Below are positions 50,811 through 61,765 of a stretch of DNA of 64,000 nt, in pieces. The stretch is from Macrostomum hystrix (lineage: Eukaryota > Animalia > Platyhelminthes), in contig CATNEN010000001.1 of NCBI GenBank assembly GCA_950097015.1, positions 12,524,001 to 12,588,000 of the forward strand, written 5' to 3'. Under the pieces are notes generated by a model that saw only the letters and a list, made by a program, of their open reading frames with translations, searched no databases and had not been told where the DNA came from. Within the stretch, counting starts at the first letter, position 1. Each line of letters begins with the position of its first letter. Position numbers and translations under genes: made by a program.

Positions 50811-51529
50811 AGTTTTTTGTTAGAACGAGTGTAACAGCTTCTATTGCTTTGGCAATGATGAGCTAAGGCAATTCAACTTTGCTTTATAGAAGATACCTGC
50901 GATAAGCCTATACGTGAGGATGTGTTTTAGTTTGCTCTAGCTGAAAGCTATATATGGGCATGGATGGGCATCTGAAAATTATTTTCATTTGCTCAAATGC
51001 TATATAAATATTTTATTAGCAAGACAACAAATAGTTTTTTTCCTTTCCAAGAAAGATAAAAATTTGGATGAAATTTTAATTTAGAATGTGTTGGCTTTTT
51101 ATAGGTGGGCGTGAGTTTCATAAGCATATAGTGGGTAGATGCCATCTTTTAATGCTGCAATTTTGACAGAAATTGTTTCTTAAATGTTTTCAAACTATTG
51201 CATCGATTCTCTGGTAGTGCTACCTACCAGAGCAAGGGAAATATTGGAAATATGCCTGCATGGGAATATCTATACTTCCTGCGTCCCTCACTAAGCCAAT
51301 TAATTATTATAATTCATTTTTTGTTCAGCTTCTGGTTTGACTCCCATTCGTCTTATTAAAATATTCCAAGTAAATCCATTACTGTCCATTCTTCGCATAC
51401 GTATAAGTGTTGCACCTGATGTAGCCGACGAGTTTTGTGTTACCAAAGCAACCAGTCCGTAATTTCAAATAGAGAAGTAAGCAGCCACACATATTGATAG
51501 TAAACTGTTATAGTTTCTAGAGGGTAATA

Positions 51530-51728
51530 GAACATCATTTGGTGACGGTAGACAGGCAGCCAGCGAGGAGGCAATTCTGCCTATTCCGCTGACTCCTGAC
51601 CACACACGCACGCAGATACCGGACACAGGTGTGTACATCTGAATTGAATTTTTCCCTGTCAAGCTCAAATGCAGTCGAGAACAGGAAGCTTGCCACGAGA
51701 GGCGAATGCGTTAGACCGTTCTGCCATT
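51530..51728 (-). mobile_element. SINE family 1, deleted copy
   Basis: acatcatttggtgac..gcagccagcgaggaggcaattctgcc..gaggcgaatgcgttagaccgttctgcca. Confidence 0.75.
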
Positions 51729-51949
51729 CCACACCAGCCAGCCACCAATATAGGCGGATAAAACAGGGATCACACAATGCGGGGCAGAGTAGGACAGGTT
51801 TACCTACAGTCAGTCATAGCCACATGAGGTTGGCTTCACCTCTAGTCAGCTGATAGTGAACTGCTATTAATGCGTCGTTACACATGGTGACATTCTCTAG
51901 TCTGCCATGTAAGGAATTCTCGTTATCTTCAATGAGCTTCACAATTAGT

Positions 51950-52220
51950 AAGCTATCGCTATCTCTATTATCGTATCTGGCGCACTCAATGCCATCGAGA
52001 GACAATGTGAAGTTGCTGAGCTATTTTCTCACCACTGGACCTCCCACCACCCGTACAAGCTGATGCTCCCAGTGTGGGTGCAGGAACCCGAGTTGCAGTT
52101 CTAACTATTGTTGCCATCAATAGCCAGGTGAGCTGTGTTAGAAACTTAGGTCGATGTCCTTGGGCCAAGTCCATGGACTGAAAAGTTGTACATGCCCTTT
52201 TGGTGCGCAGTGCGAAGCTG
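51950..52220 (-). pseudogene. F-type lectin pseudogene (copy D)
   Basis: AHLAIDGNNS*NCNSGSCTHTG..WWEVQW* then frameshifted NFTLSLDGIECARYD; the RxDCC segment is deleted. Confidence 0.75.
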
Positions 52221-52818
52221 TTAAAATCTACACAATATCTGATGCACATCCGCATCAAAATCGACTATGTTCTCAGCATCCCAGAGGAGAAGACTCCTTA
52301 GGCTGGTCGATGCGTTGGAGCATGTACTAGGGCAGAAGCAGATCTAGTGTAATGCTAAACAAGGGCTTGTGCCAACTTCAACAAAGCGTTGATGTCTGGT
52401 CGTTGGGGGCGAGTGGGTCAGCGGCTAACGTCGCTGCCTCGCACTCCAAAGGACGTTAGTTCGATTCACCCTTCAAGCCATGATTAATTTCGGGACTTGT
52501 TGGGGGGTTTGGACAGTAGCGACCGGCGGAGGTGCACCATTTTTCGTGCAATCAAAGCTTGAAATAATAGCTTCGCTCCTACCTTCTGTGTGCCTGTTCT
52601 GCGTAGTGTGAGTTGTGTGCGTTGGCGCTGGGGCGTGAGGCCTTGCGGGGGGGGTGGCTGGAGGGCGGGTGTACACCGCCGCGCGCTTTCTAGACTTCCG
52701 TCAGCGCGATTGGATAAGTGTACACTCATCACCCGCCTCCCTTAAGGACTGATTTCTTATCAGCCTTCCGCCCCGGCTTGGTCTGCTCTGTGCGTGTGGG
52801 GCTGGGGTGGGGGACACT

Positions 52819-55395
52819 TCTTCTTCTTCTTCTGAATCCACCGTCCCCAAAGCTGCTACAGGCAGCGAGGAGGAGGAGCGCTCAGAGGCGCCCCAGTCTG
52901 CGCAGGAGGGCGAGGACTTGTTCAGGGTATAAATGCAGGGCCTCGTCCCAGTTGTCGTAGCGAACACGGGTACCGTCGCCGCGCGGGCACTCGAAGAGAA
53001 TGTGCTCTTCAGTATCGAGGTTGCCACAGTCGCGGCAGAGCGGGTCGTCAGTGAGGCCGAGACGATGGCGGGTGGAATTGGCCAGCATCGAGCATCCCGC
53101 CCTGAGCTGGTTGATGGCGACCGTCTCGGTGCGGCTGAGGTGTTTGGGGGTGGAGCGCCAGCACGGCCCCAGCACCTCGAGGTCAAGGGCGGCTCTCGCC
53201 CGGCGAAGGGCCGCCTTAGCAGCTTGGAAAGAGATGGGCCTGTCCTGATGTCGTTCCAGACGGGCGCGATTAGCGTAGCGGTCGGCCAACTCATTTCCCG
53301 GGATGTCGCAGTGCGCCAAGACCCAAACAAACTCGCAGCTGTGTTGAAAGGCGCTCAGCGTTGCCCAGCAAAGGCTGCCATCAGCCGAGCGCTGCTCGCA
53401 GGGGCCGTGCTCAAGGGCTGCCAGCGCCGCCAGCGAGTCGCTATGGATGCGGATCGACGTCCCGTGGTCCGGCGTCAGCTGTCTGATGTAATCGAGGGCC
53501 GCCCGTATCGCGCATATCTCCGCCTGGAAGGAGCAAGCAACCCGGCCGGCAGGGGCGGCAATAATGGTACCCCACCTGCGGGTGTTGATAACGGCGGCGC
53601 CCCAGGCATCCGAGGTGCCGTCCCTGACGGAGCCGTCGGTCCAGACGTCGATGTCCGTCGGTTGGAGATCGGCAAGGAAGTTCAGCGCCCGGTCGCGTCG
53701 GATGCTCGTCGGGAGATAGCGGGCGCACAAAGCGGTGAGCGCCAGGTTGAAGTGGATCCGTGGATTGTCCATCAGGCAGTTGATCTCGGGGGTCGGCGGC
53801 GGGTATGGCTCGCGTGGAAGGGCCTCAAGATGGGCGGCCTCAGTGAGCTCAAGAGCCACGCGACGCCAGCAACCTCGGAACGGACGACGATAGTCATTTA
53901 GAAGCAGAGGATTGATAGTCGGTTCCTGGCGACGATTGGCACTTTCAAAAGCGCGATTGAGGAGCCTGCTGCGAGTGATGCGCTCTGCGGAGTCGTGGGC
54001 CGGGACGTCATCTGGCAGGCGGAGGACGCGTTCGCGGAGGAGTGCGGCGCGCTCAAGGATCACGTGTCCAAAAGGCGGTAGGTTCGCTGCGGCTAGGAGG
54101 TTCGTAGAGCGAGTGAGCTGCGGGCATCCGGTGATGATGCGCGCACAAGCGTTCTGCTGCTGCTCTATCAACAATTTGGTACTCGGCGCGGCGCTCGATC
54201 CCCAGATGCCGCAGCCATGGTCGGCGACGGCACGGATGGTCGCCAGGTAGGCAGTGCGTAGGACATTCTGGGAGGCACCGGCCTTCCTGCTCGCGAGGCT
54301 AGCCAGGGCTCGGCGGCGTTGGCTCATGCGCTTACGGACATCAGCAGCGTGGGACTTGAAGTTGAGTTGGCCGTCGAGAACCAAGCCAAGGAACCTGGGA
54401 TTCGGGTCGAAGTTGAGAGGCTCATTGCCGAGCTGGAGCGGGACCCGGACCTTCCCATTGACCTCATTCGGAGCAAGGGTGAACGTGCAGTAGCAGCACT
54501 TGTTGGTACTTAATTCGATCTTCCAGCGGGAGCACCAGCTGGTCACAGCATCCAGAGTTGGTTGGAGAACCTCGGCACACTTGAGCAGGGATGGTTGTGT
54601 GGCCAGGAGCGCCGAATCGTCCGCGTACAGGCTTATTCCGCAGTTGGGAGATGCCTCGGTAACGTCTGTGGCAAGATCGTTGACGAAGATGTTCCAGAGG
54701 GTCGGGGCCAGCACCGACCCTTGTGGCAGACCCTCCCGAAAAGTGCGTTGGCTGCTCATGGTGCCGTTCCAACACACCGTAGCTCTGCGATCTTCGAGGA
54801 AAGCGGCCGTCCAGCTGATCGTGTTGGCATCGATGCCGAGCCGGACCATCTTGTAGGTCAGGGCCTCTTTCCAGACAGATTCGTACGCGCTCTTGAAATC
54901 CTGGCAGCTGAGGATGCTCCGGAAGGCCGGGGAGCGCTCGAGGCCGTCAAAAATGTCTTGGCAGACACGCGCCAGTTGTTCCTCCGTGCTACGTCCGCGG
55001 CGGAACCCAGCTTGGGCCGGCGAGAGCAGGCCCTTAGATTCAAGTTCATGTTGCAAGCGTTGTAACACCATACGCTCCGCACACTTAGCAACGCAGCTCG
55101 TGAGAGCCACTGGCCTGTAGGAGGCCACAAGCTTCGGGTCCTTCCCCTTTTTTGCGATCGGGATGATGGTCGCCAGCCGCCAGCTGCGCGGACATTGCTT
55201 GTTAGTCCAGGTAGCATTGATTAGGTCGAGTAACCGTTGGTCGAACCGGGTGCTGAGCCGCTTGAGCATCTCATTGTGGATGCCGTCAGGACCTGGGCTC
55301 TTGCCTGATTTTAGGCGACGGATGGCAGCGTGGAGTTCAGCCATGGAGAAGGGGACAGCAGTGGTTACCGGATTCTTGCGGGCCATCTTAGCGAC
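52819..55395 (-). mobile_element. 5'-truncated non-LTR retrotransposon (I/Ingi-group-like, RT + RNase H) with (GAA)n tail
   Basis: 12-bp TSD gtgggggacact (52807-52818, 55396-55407); ttc repeats at 52818-52833; no endonuclease domain present. Confidence 0.9.
52882..55386 (-). CDS. Uninterrupted LINE ORF2 remnant: reverse transcriptase, RNase H, C-terminal CCHC finger
   Basis: KSPGPDGI, YRPVALTS, QAGFR, GLPQGSVLAP, LYADD, FLGLVLD; RNase H WTDGS, QAE, HSDS, GNELADRYA; CRDC..H...C. Confidence 0.9.
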   Translation of the reverse strand: MARKNPVTTAVPFSMAELHAAIRRLKSGKSPGPDGIHNEMLKRLSTRFDQRLLDLINATWTNKQCPRSWRLATIIPIAKKGKDPKLVASYRPVALTSCVAKCAERMVLQRLQHELESKGLLSPAQAGFRRGRSTEEQLARVCQDIFDGLERSPAFRSILSCQDFKSAYESVWKEALTYKMVRLGIDANTISWTAAFLEDRRATVCWNGTMSSQRTFREGLPQGSVLAPTLWNIFVNDLATDVTEASPNCGISLYADDSALLATQPSLLKCAEVLQPTLDAVTSWCSRWKIELSTNKCCYCTFTLAPNEVNGKVRVPLQLGNEPLNFDPNPRFLGLVLDGQLNFKSHAADVRKRMSQRRRALASLASRKAGASQNVLRTAYLATIRAVADHGCGIWGSSAAPSTKLLIEQQQNACARIITGCPQLTRSTNLLAAANLPPFGHVILERAALLRERVLRLPDDVPAHDSAERITRSRLLNRAFESANRRQEPTINPLLLNDYRRPFRGCWRRVALELTEAAHLEALPREPYPPPTPEINCLMDNPRIHFNLALTALCARYLPTSIRRDRALNFLADLQPTDIDVWTDGSVRDGTSDAWGAAVINTRRWGTIIAAPAGRVACSFQAEICAIRAALDYIRQLTPDHGTSIRIHSDSLAALAALEHGPCEQRSADGSLCWATLSAFQHSCEFVWVLAHCDIPGNELADRYANRARLERHQDRPISFQAAKAALRRARAALDLEVLGPCWRSTPKHLSRTETVAINQLRAGCSMLANSTRHRLGLTDDPLCRDCGNLDTEEHILFECPRGDGTRVRYDNWDEALHLYPEQVLALLRRLGRL

Positions 55396-55630
55396 GTGGG
55401 GGACACTGCTGCCTATTCTGGGTGCCTCCTGCCCTCCCCGGCTGGTCTGTGCTGCTGTGTGTGGTGCCTGCTCAGGGGAGGCGGCGCGATGGGCGCAAAA
55501 GCGCCTAGTTCGCCGGTCTGGTGGCGTGCCGCTCCGTCGCTTGTGCGCCGGGCCCCCCTGCAAATAGATAGAGATAGATGTCTGGTCGTTCCATGTCCCT
55601 GGTTAGTATCAGGTGCTCGTGGCTATGTTG

Positions 55631-57768
55631 TCTATCTCTCTAAATATACTAATTTTCACGTGTTGTTTGTCTGTGTGTGTGTCTGTGTGTGTGTGTGTCA
55701 GTTCGACATCTCCTCCTAGAATACTGGCAACTCAGCGTTGAAACTTATATGGGAAAATGGGAAATTTTCCAAGGAAGGCTATAGGCTATTTTAATTCTGA
55801 AATTTCAAATTCTATGATCCTCAAAAAAGCAGAAAGGCTATTAAGTAGTATATAGTAGGCAAATGTCCTTCCCACTGTGATGAAATTGGCCTCGATTAAA
55901 TGAGTTGCGTCAACATTTTGTGCCTATCTGTTTAGTGTATTTTCTCTCCAGTGGAGGGTTGGCAGTCGGTTTGAAAAAAATGGGGCAGAGAGGTGGCCGT
56001 ACGCACATTCTAACTGCCTCTGTGTATTGGCGGAGAGAGGGTGCCGTTAGTCAGTTCTATTGAGGGGTCTGATTTGTTCAATATTGAAGTGCGTTCAATG
56101 GGCAGGGCAGAGTTGGCTGGGTTGAAAATAAATTTTAAAATTTGCGGGCCTCTCAGTGTAGGCGGAGAAGAATGTGCTTACTAAACTGGCTGCCTTTTGC
56201 AGAAATTTCAACTGAGAATATTATTTTGCTTTTTTAAGATTTGTGGATAAAATTTGTACTGCTGGAGACAACTTGAAGTTCTAAATTTCATTGCTGAATT
56301 CCGAAAATTGGGGATGCCAAGGGCAAATAAAGTTTTTATACTTTTGCAATGCTTTCAGCTGAGTGTACAGTGTCTCGGCGAGATTGCTAAGGAGAGAGAA
56401 TTCGCCACAATACAGTTTCACACATTCCTATTCTCGAAGGCGGGCTGTTGAATTTTATTTATTGAAATTCGCACCTCTGACTGAGCGGGGCCCGGAGAAC
56501 TGGCTGTCGTCAATATTAATGGCTCGGACTTCATCTGTTTTAACGGGTGGGGTTTGATTTAAAGTTGATGGAGTTCGCGCGATATGATTTCTAGCCCCTC
56601 AATCTTATCCGAAAGTTGTCGTCTATTTTAATTCTGAAGATTCTGGGCATGGTAGCTAAAGAAAAATTGGTCAATTTTTAATTGTTTTCAACAGTTTAGC
56701 CGGACAAAAGGCGGTTTACGCACATTGCTACTTTCAGACATCATTGGGTGAGGAGTTTTTGGTTAGATGAGGCGATGGGAGATGTGGCGACGGGAGATCA
56801 GGCAATGGGAGTTTAGGCGATGAGAGATGAGGCGATGGGAGATGAGGCGATGAGAGATGAGGCGATGGGAGATGAGGCGATGAAAGATGAGGCGATGGGA
56901 GATCAGGCGACGGGAGATGAGGGGATGGGAGATCAGGCGATGGGAGATCAGGCGATGGGAGATCAGGCGATGGGAGATGTGGCGACGGGAGATGAGGTGA
57001 TGGGTGATCAGGTGAAGGGAGATGAGGCGATGGGAGATTAGGCGATGGGAGATCAGGCAATGGGAGATGAGGTGATGGGTGATCAGGTGAAGGGAGATGA
57101 GGCGATGGGAGATCAGGCGATAGGAGATGAGGCGATGGGAGATGAGGTGATGGGAGATGAGACGGTGGGAGATCAGGCGGGGGAAGATCAGGCGATGGGA
57201 GATCAGGCGATGGGAGATGAGGCGATGGGAGATGAGGCGATGGGAGATTAGGCGATGGGAGATCAGGCGATAGGAGATGAGGCGATGGGAGATGAGACGA
57301 TGGGAGATGAGGTGATGGGTGATCAGGTGATGGGAGATGAGGCGATAGGAGATGAGGCGATGGGAGATGAAGCGATGGGAGATGAGGCGATGGGAGATGA
57401 GGGGATGGGAGATGAGGGGATGGGAGATTAGGCGATGGGAGATGAAGCGATGGGAGATGAGGCGATGGGAGATGAGGCGATGGGAGATGAGGTGATGGGT
57501 GATCAGGTGATGGGAGATGAGGCGATGGGAGATCAGGCGACGGGAGATGAGGCGATGGGAGATCAGGCAATGGGAGATCAGGCGATGGGAGATGAGGCGA
57601 TGGGAGATGAGGCGATGGGAGATGAGGGGATGGGAGATGAGGGGATGGGAGATGAGGCGATGGGAGATGAGACGGTGGGAGATCAGGCGGGGGAAGATCA
57701 GGCGATTGGAGATCAGGCGATGGGAGTTTTCTCCCCTCAACCTCCTCCGGAGGAGGAGTTTAGCTCGT
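55631..57768 (+). mobile_element. Non-autonomous Helitron-like unit 1
   Basis: 5' TC..taaatatactaat..(tg)n head; 3' hairpin cctcctccggaggagg (57741-57756) followed by tttagCTCGT. Confidence 0.65.
56764..57726. repeat. 15-bp minisatellite (gagatgaggcgatgg) within Helitron-like unit 1
   Basis: Visible periodicity. Confidence 0.95.
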
Positions 57769-60135
57769 AAATATACTAATTTTCACGTGTTGTTTGTCTG
57801 TGTGTGTGTGTGTCTGTCAGTTCGACATCTCCTCCTAGAATACTGGCAACTCAGCGTTGAAACTTATATGGGAAAATGGGAAATTTTCCGAGGAAGGCTA
57901 TAGGCTATTTTAATTCTGAAATTTCAAATTCTATGATCCTCAAAAAAGCAGAAAGGCTATTAAGTAGTATATAGTAGGCAAATGTCCTTCCCGCTGTGAT
58001 GAAATTGGCCTCGATTAAATGAGTTGCGTCAACATTTTGTGCCTATCTGTTTAGTGTATTTTCTCTCCAGTGGAGGGTTGGCAGTCGGTTTGAAAATGGG
58101 GCGGAGAGGTGGCCGTACGCACATTTTAACTGTCCCTGTGTATTGGCGGAGAGAGGGTGCCGCGATTTATTTCTATTGAGGGGTCTGATTTGTTCAATAT
58201 TGAAGTGCGTACAATGGGCAGGGCAGAGTTGGCTGGGTTAAAATATAATTTTTTAATTTGCGGGCCTCTCAGTGTAGGCGGAGAAGAATGTACTTACTAA
58301 AAAAACTGGCTGCCCTTTGCGCTAAAGGCAATGAAATTTCAGCTGTGAATTGTGCTTTTGCTCTTATCATTTGAAAAGAACCGAGTCGATTTGAGATCAG
58401 GCGATCGGAGCCGCGATGGGAGATGAGGCGATGGGAGATCAGGCAATGGGAGATCAGGCGATGGGAGATTAGGCGATGGGAGATGAGGCGATGGGAGATT
58501 AGGCGATGGGAGATCAGGCGATTGGAGATGAGGCGATGGGAGATCAGCCGATGGGAGATCAGCCGATGGGAGATTAGGCGATGGGAGATCAGGCAATGGG
58601 AGATGTGGCGACGGGAGATTAGGCGATGGGAGATCAGGCGATGGGAGATGAGGCGATGGGAAATGAGGCGATGGCGATGGGAGATGTGGCGATGGGAGAT
58701 GAGGCGATGGGAGATGAGGCGATGGGAGACGAGGCGATGGGAGATGAGCCGATGGGAGATTAGGCGATGGGAGATTAGGCGATGGGAGATTAGGCGATGG
58801 GAGATGAGGCGATGGGAGATTAGGCGATGGGAGATGAGGCGATGGGAGATGAGGCGATGGGAGATGAGGCGATGGGAGATGAGGCGATGGGAGATGAGGC
58901 GATGGGAGATGAGGCGATGGGAGATGAGGCGATGGGAGATGAGGCGATGGGAGATTAGGCGATGGGAGATGAGGCGATGGGAGATGAGGCGATGGGAGAT
59001 TAGGCGATGGGAGATGAGGCGATGGGAGTTGAGGCGATGGGAAATCAGGCGATGGCGATGGGAGATGTGGCGATGGGAGATCAGGCGATTGGAGATGAGG
59101 CAATGGGAGATCAGCCGATGGGAGATCAGCCGATGGGAGATGAGGCGATGGGAGATCAGGCAATGGGAGATGTGGCGACGGGAGATTAGGCGATGGGAGA
59201 TCAGGCGATGGGAGATGAGGCGATGGGAAATCAGGCGATGGCGATGGGAGATGTGGCGATGGGAGATGAGGCGATGGGAGATGAGGCGATGGGAGACGAG
59301 GCGATGGGAGATGAGCCGATGGGAGATTAGGCGATGGGAGATTAGGCGATGGGAGATTAGGCGATGGGAGATGAGGCGATGGGAGATTAGGCGATGGGAG
59401 ATTAGGCGATGGGAGATGAGGCGATGGGAGATGAGGCGATGGGAGATGAGGCGATGGGAGATGAGGCGATGGGAGATGAGGCGATGGGAGATGAGGCGAT
59501 GGGAGATGAGGCGATGGGAGATGAGGCGATGGGAGATGAGGCGATGGGAGATTAGGCGATGGGAGATGAGGCGATGGGAGATGAGGCGATGGGAGATTAG
59601 GCGATGGGAGATGAGGCGATGGGAGTTGAGGCGATGGGAAATCAGGCGATGGCGATGGGAGATGTGGCGATGGGAGATCAGGCGATTGGAGATGAGGCAA
59701 TGGGAGATCAGCCGATGGGAGATCAGCCGATGGGAGATGAGGCGATGGGAGATCAGGCAATGGGAGATGTGGCGACGGGAGATTAGGCGATGGGAGATCA
59801 GGCGATGGGAGATGAGGCGATGGGAAATCAGGCGATGGCGATGGGAGATGTGGCGATGGGAGATGAGGCGATGGGAGATGAGGCGATGGGAGACGAGGCG
59901 ATGGGAGATGAGCCGATGGGAGATTAGGCGATGGGAGATTAGGCGATGGGAGATTAGGCGATGGGAGATGAGGCGATGGGAGATTAGGCGATGGGAGATT
60001 AGGCGATGGGAGATGAGGCGATGGGAGATGAGGCGATGGGAAATCAGGCGATGGCGATGGGAGATGTGGCGATGGGAGATGTGGCGATGGGAGTTCTCTC
60101 CCCTCAACCTCCTCCGGAGGAGGAGTTTAGCTCGT
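57769..60135 (+). mobile_element. Non-autonomous Helitron-like unit 2, head-to-tail with unit 1
   Basis: 57769-58320 nearly identical to 55642-56200; same 3' hairpin and CTCGT at 60108-60135. Confidence 0.65.
58392..60093. repeat. 15-bp minisatellite (gagatgaggcgatgg) with about 0.6-kb higher-order duplications
   Basis: Visible periodicity; variant blocks recur at 59007 and 59604. Confidence 0.95.
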
Positions 60136-60500
60136 ATATATATAAAAGTGAAAACTCTGTCTGTGTGTGTGTGTGCAACCTTTTGTCTTTATAGACGCCA
60201 AAACCGCTCAACCAAATCGCACCAAACTTTGCACATACCTTAAACCACCTACGCTGAGTGCAATAGGCTACTCAAATTCCCGAAAAATCATTTCCTTCCT
60301 GCTCAAAAGTGCAAAAAACTGCTCAAAAATCGTCAAAAAATCACTCAATTCGACATATCGTCGCCCCACTTTGTCAGATTTTCTCCAAATTTGATCCACT
60401 TACACTTTACATGTTTTCCAACAATGCTGTCAATTTTGAACGTCTCTACTCAATCCAGAGCAAAGCTGCATCATCTCAAAGTGACTTTTTGTTTTCCGAG
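60136..60500 (+). mobile_element. 5' head of a different Helitron-like element; right boundary not resolved
   Basis: atatatataaaagtgaaaactctgtctgtgtgtg..aaaaccgctcaaccaaatcgcaccaaactttgcacatac resembles typical invertebrate non-autonomous Helitron heads. Confidence 0.5.
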
Positions 60501-60861
60501 GACAGCCACCCCAACTCCCCTCCGCCACTCTGCGGGCCAAATTTTATTACAGCCACCCCCTCCCTTCCCCGGGCGCCGAAGCTCCAGACTGTACATTGTA
60601 TTTCAAGCCGTGAATGTACACAGCCCAAACCCCTAGACTGTCTACTGGCCCCCAAGCCAGTCTATGGCCGCGGGCTAGCCGGCCCCAGCTCATGCGTTTA
60701 TTATGCGCCTAGCCAGGGTGCCCTCATGGTGAGGTGAGCTGGGCTAGCCGATCGCAGCTCATGAGCCCAGCCCATGGGCCCAGGGTGCGCTCCTGGTGTG
60801 GGCCTCGGATATGGGATAGGAAGGTGACGGGGGGGAGGAGGAGGGGGAGAGGTTGCCCATG

Positions 60862-61030
60862 AGGGCGGATAGCTCAGTCAGTAAGGTGTCGGACTCTGGA
60901 TCAGATGGTCCTGGGTTCGACTCCCGACCTAGTCTAGAACTATTCGTGCAGCCCTTGGCAAGCTGCTTTGCCCTGATGTGCACACAGTCTACTCAGCTGC
61001 AGATGAGTACCGACATTTCGTCGGGTAATA
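60862..61030 (+). mobile_element. tRNA-derived SINE with CORE-like body
   Basis: tagctcagtcag (A box), ggttcgactcc (B box), then cccttggcaag..ctcagctgcagatgagtacc. Confidence 0.65.
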
Positions 61031-61121
61031 ATAATTCTGGCTGGCGTGGAATAAAGCAGTTCTGTGCGGCAATTCTGTGGGGTTCGGATGCTGCCGATAT
61101 GTTTGGAAAAATAAATTCTTT

Positions 61122-61765
61122 AAGAGTTTTTCAAAACATATAGGCTATCCTACTGTATGTGATTCCTTTGGTGCTTCGAGTGTACTGTATAGTGCTGATA
61201 TTGATGTAAATCAGCGTAAAACCGCTTTTTTCTTACTCAGCCGGATTAAGAAATGAGTAGGCTTATATGATGTTCTTGTTGTTCTGCAAAACATATAATC
61301 ATTAATTTAAATAAAAAATGAGTCGAACCAACGACCCGCAGTTATCAGGCTGACGTGCTACCAGTTTCACCACTTGACATTGCCCATATACAACGAAGAA
61401 TTACTATTTATTAGTATATTCTTTCGTTCGAATACTTTTTCAGAGTTTTTCAAAACATATAGGCTATTCTACTGTATGTGATTCCTTTGGTGCTTCGAGT
61501 GTACTGTATAGTGCTGATATTGATGTAAATCAGCGTAAAACCGCTTTTTTTCTTACTCAGCCAGATTAAGAAATGAGTAGGCTTATATGATGTTCTTGTT
61601 GTTCTGCAAAACATATAATCATTAATTTAAATAAAAAATGAGTCGAACCAACGACCCGCAGTTATCAGGCTGACGTGCTACCAGTTTCACCACATGACAT
61701 TGGCCTAATATACAACGAAGAATTACTATTTATTAGTATATATTCTTTCGTTCGAATACTTTTTT
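61122..61765. repeat. Direct tandem duplication of about 320 bp
   Basis: agagtttttcaaaacatataggcta at 61122 and 61442; copies near-identical. Confidence 0.9.

Larger units (their letters stand above)
52405..55576 (+). mobile_element. Long (about 590 bp) tRNA-derived SINE (family 3), split by a LINE insertion; parts 52405-52818 and 55408-55576
   Basis: 14-bp TSD gatgtctggtcgtt (52391-52404, 55577-55590); head tgggtcagcgg (A box) and gttcgattc (B box); tail aaatagatagagata. Confidence 0.8.

Noticed and set aside
56734-60243. Long LPSPH / RRWEM / RLISH ORFs
   Set aside because: 15-bp minisatellite translations
60862-60935. Possible tRNA-Gln(CTG) gene
   Set aside because: Acceptor and anticodon stems are imperfect and it continues into a SINE-like body
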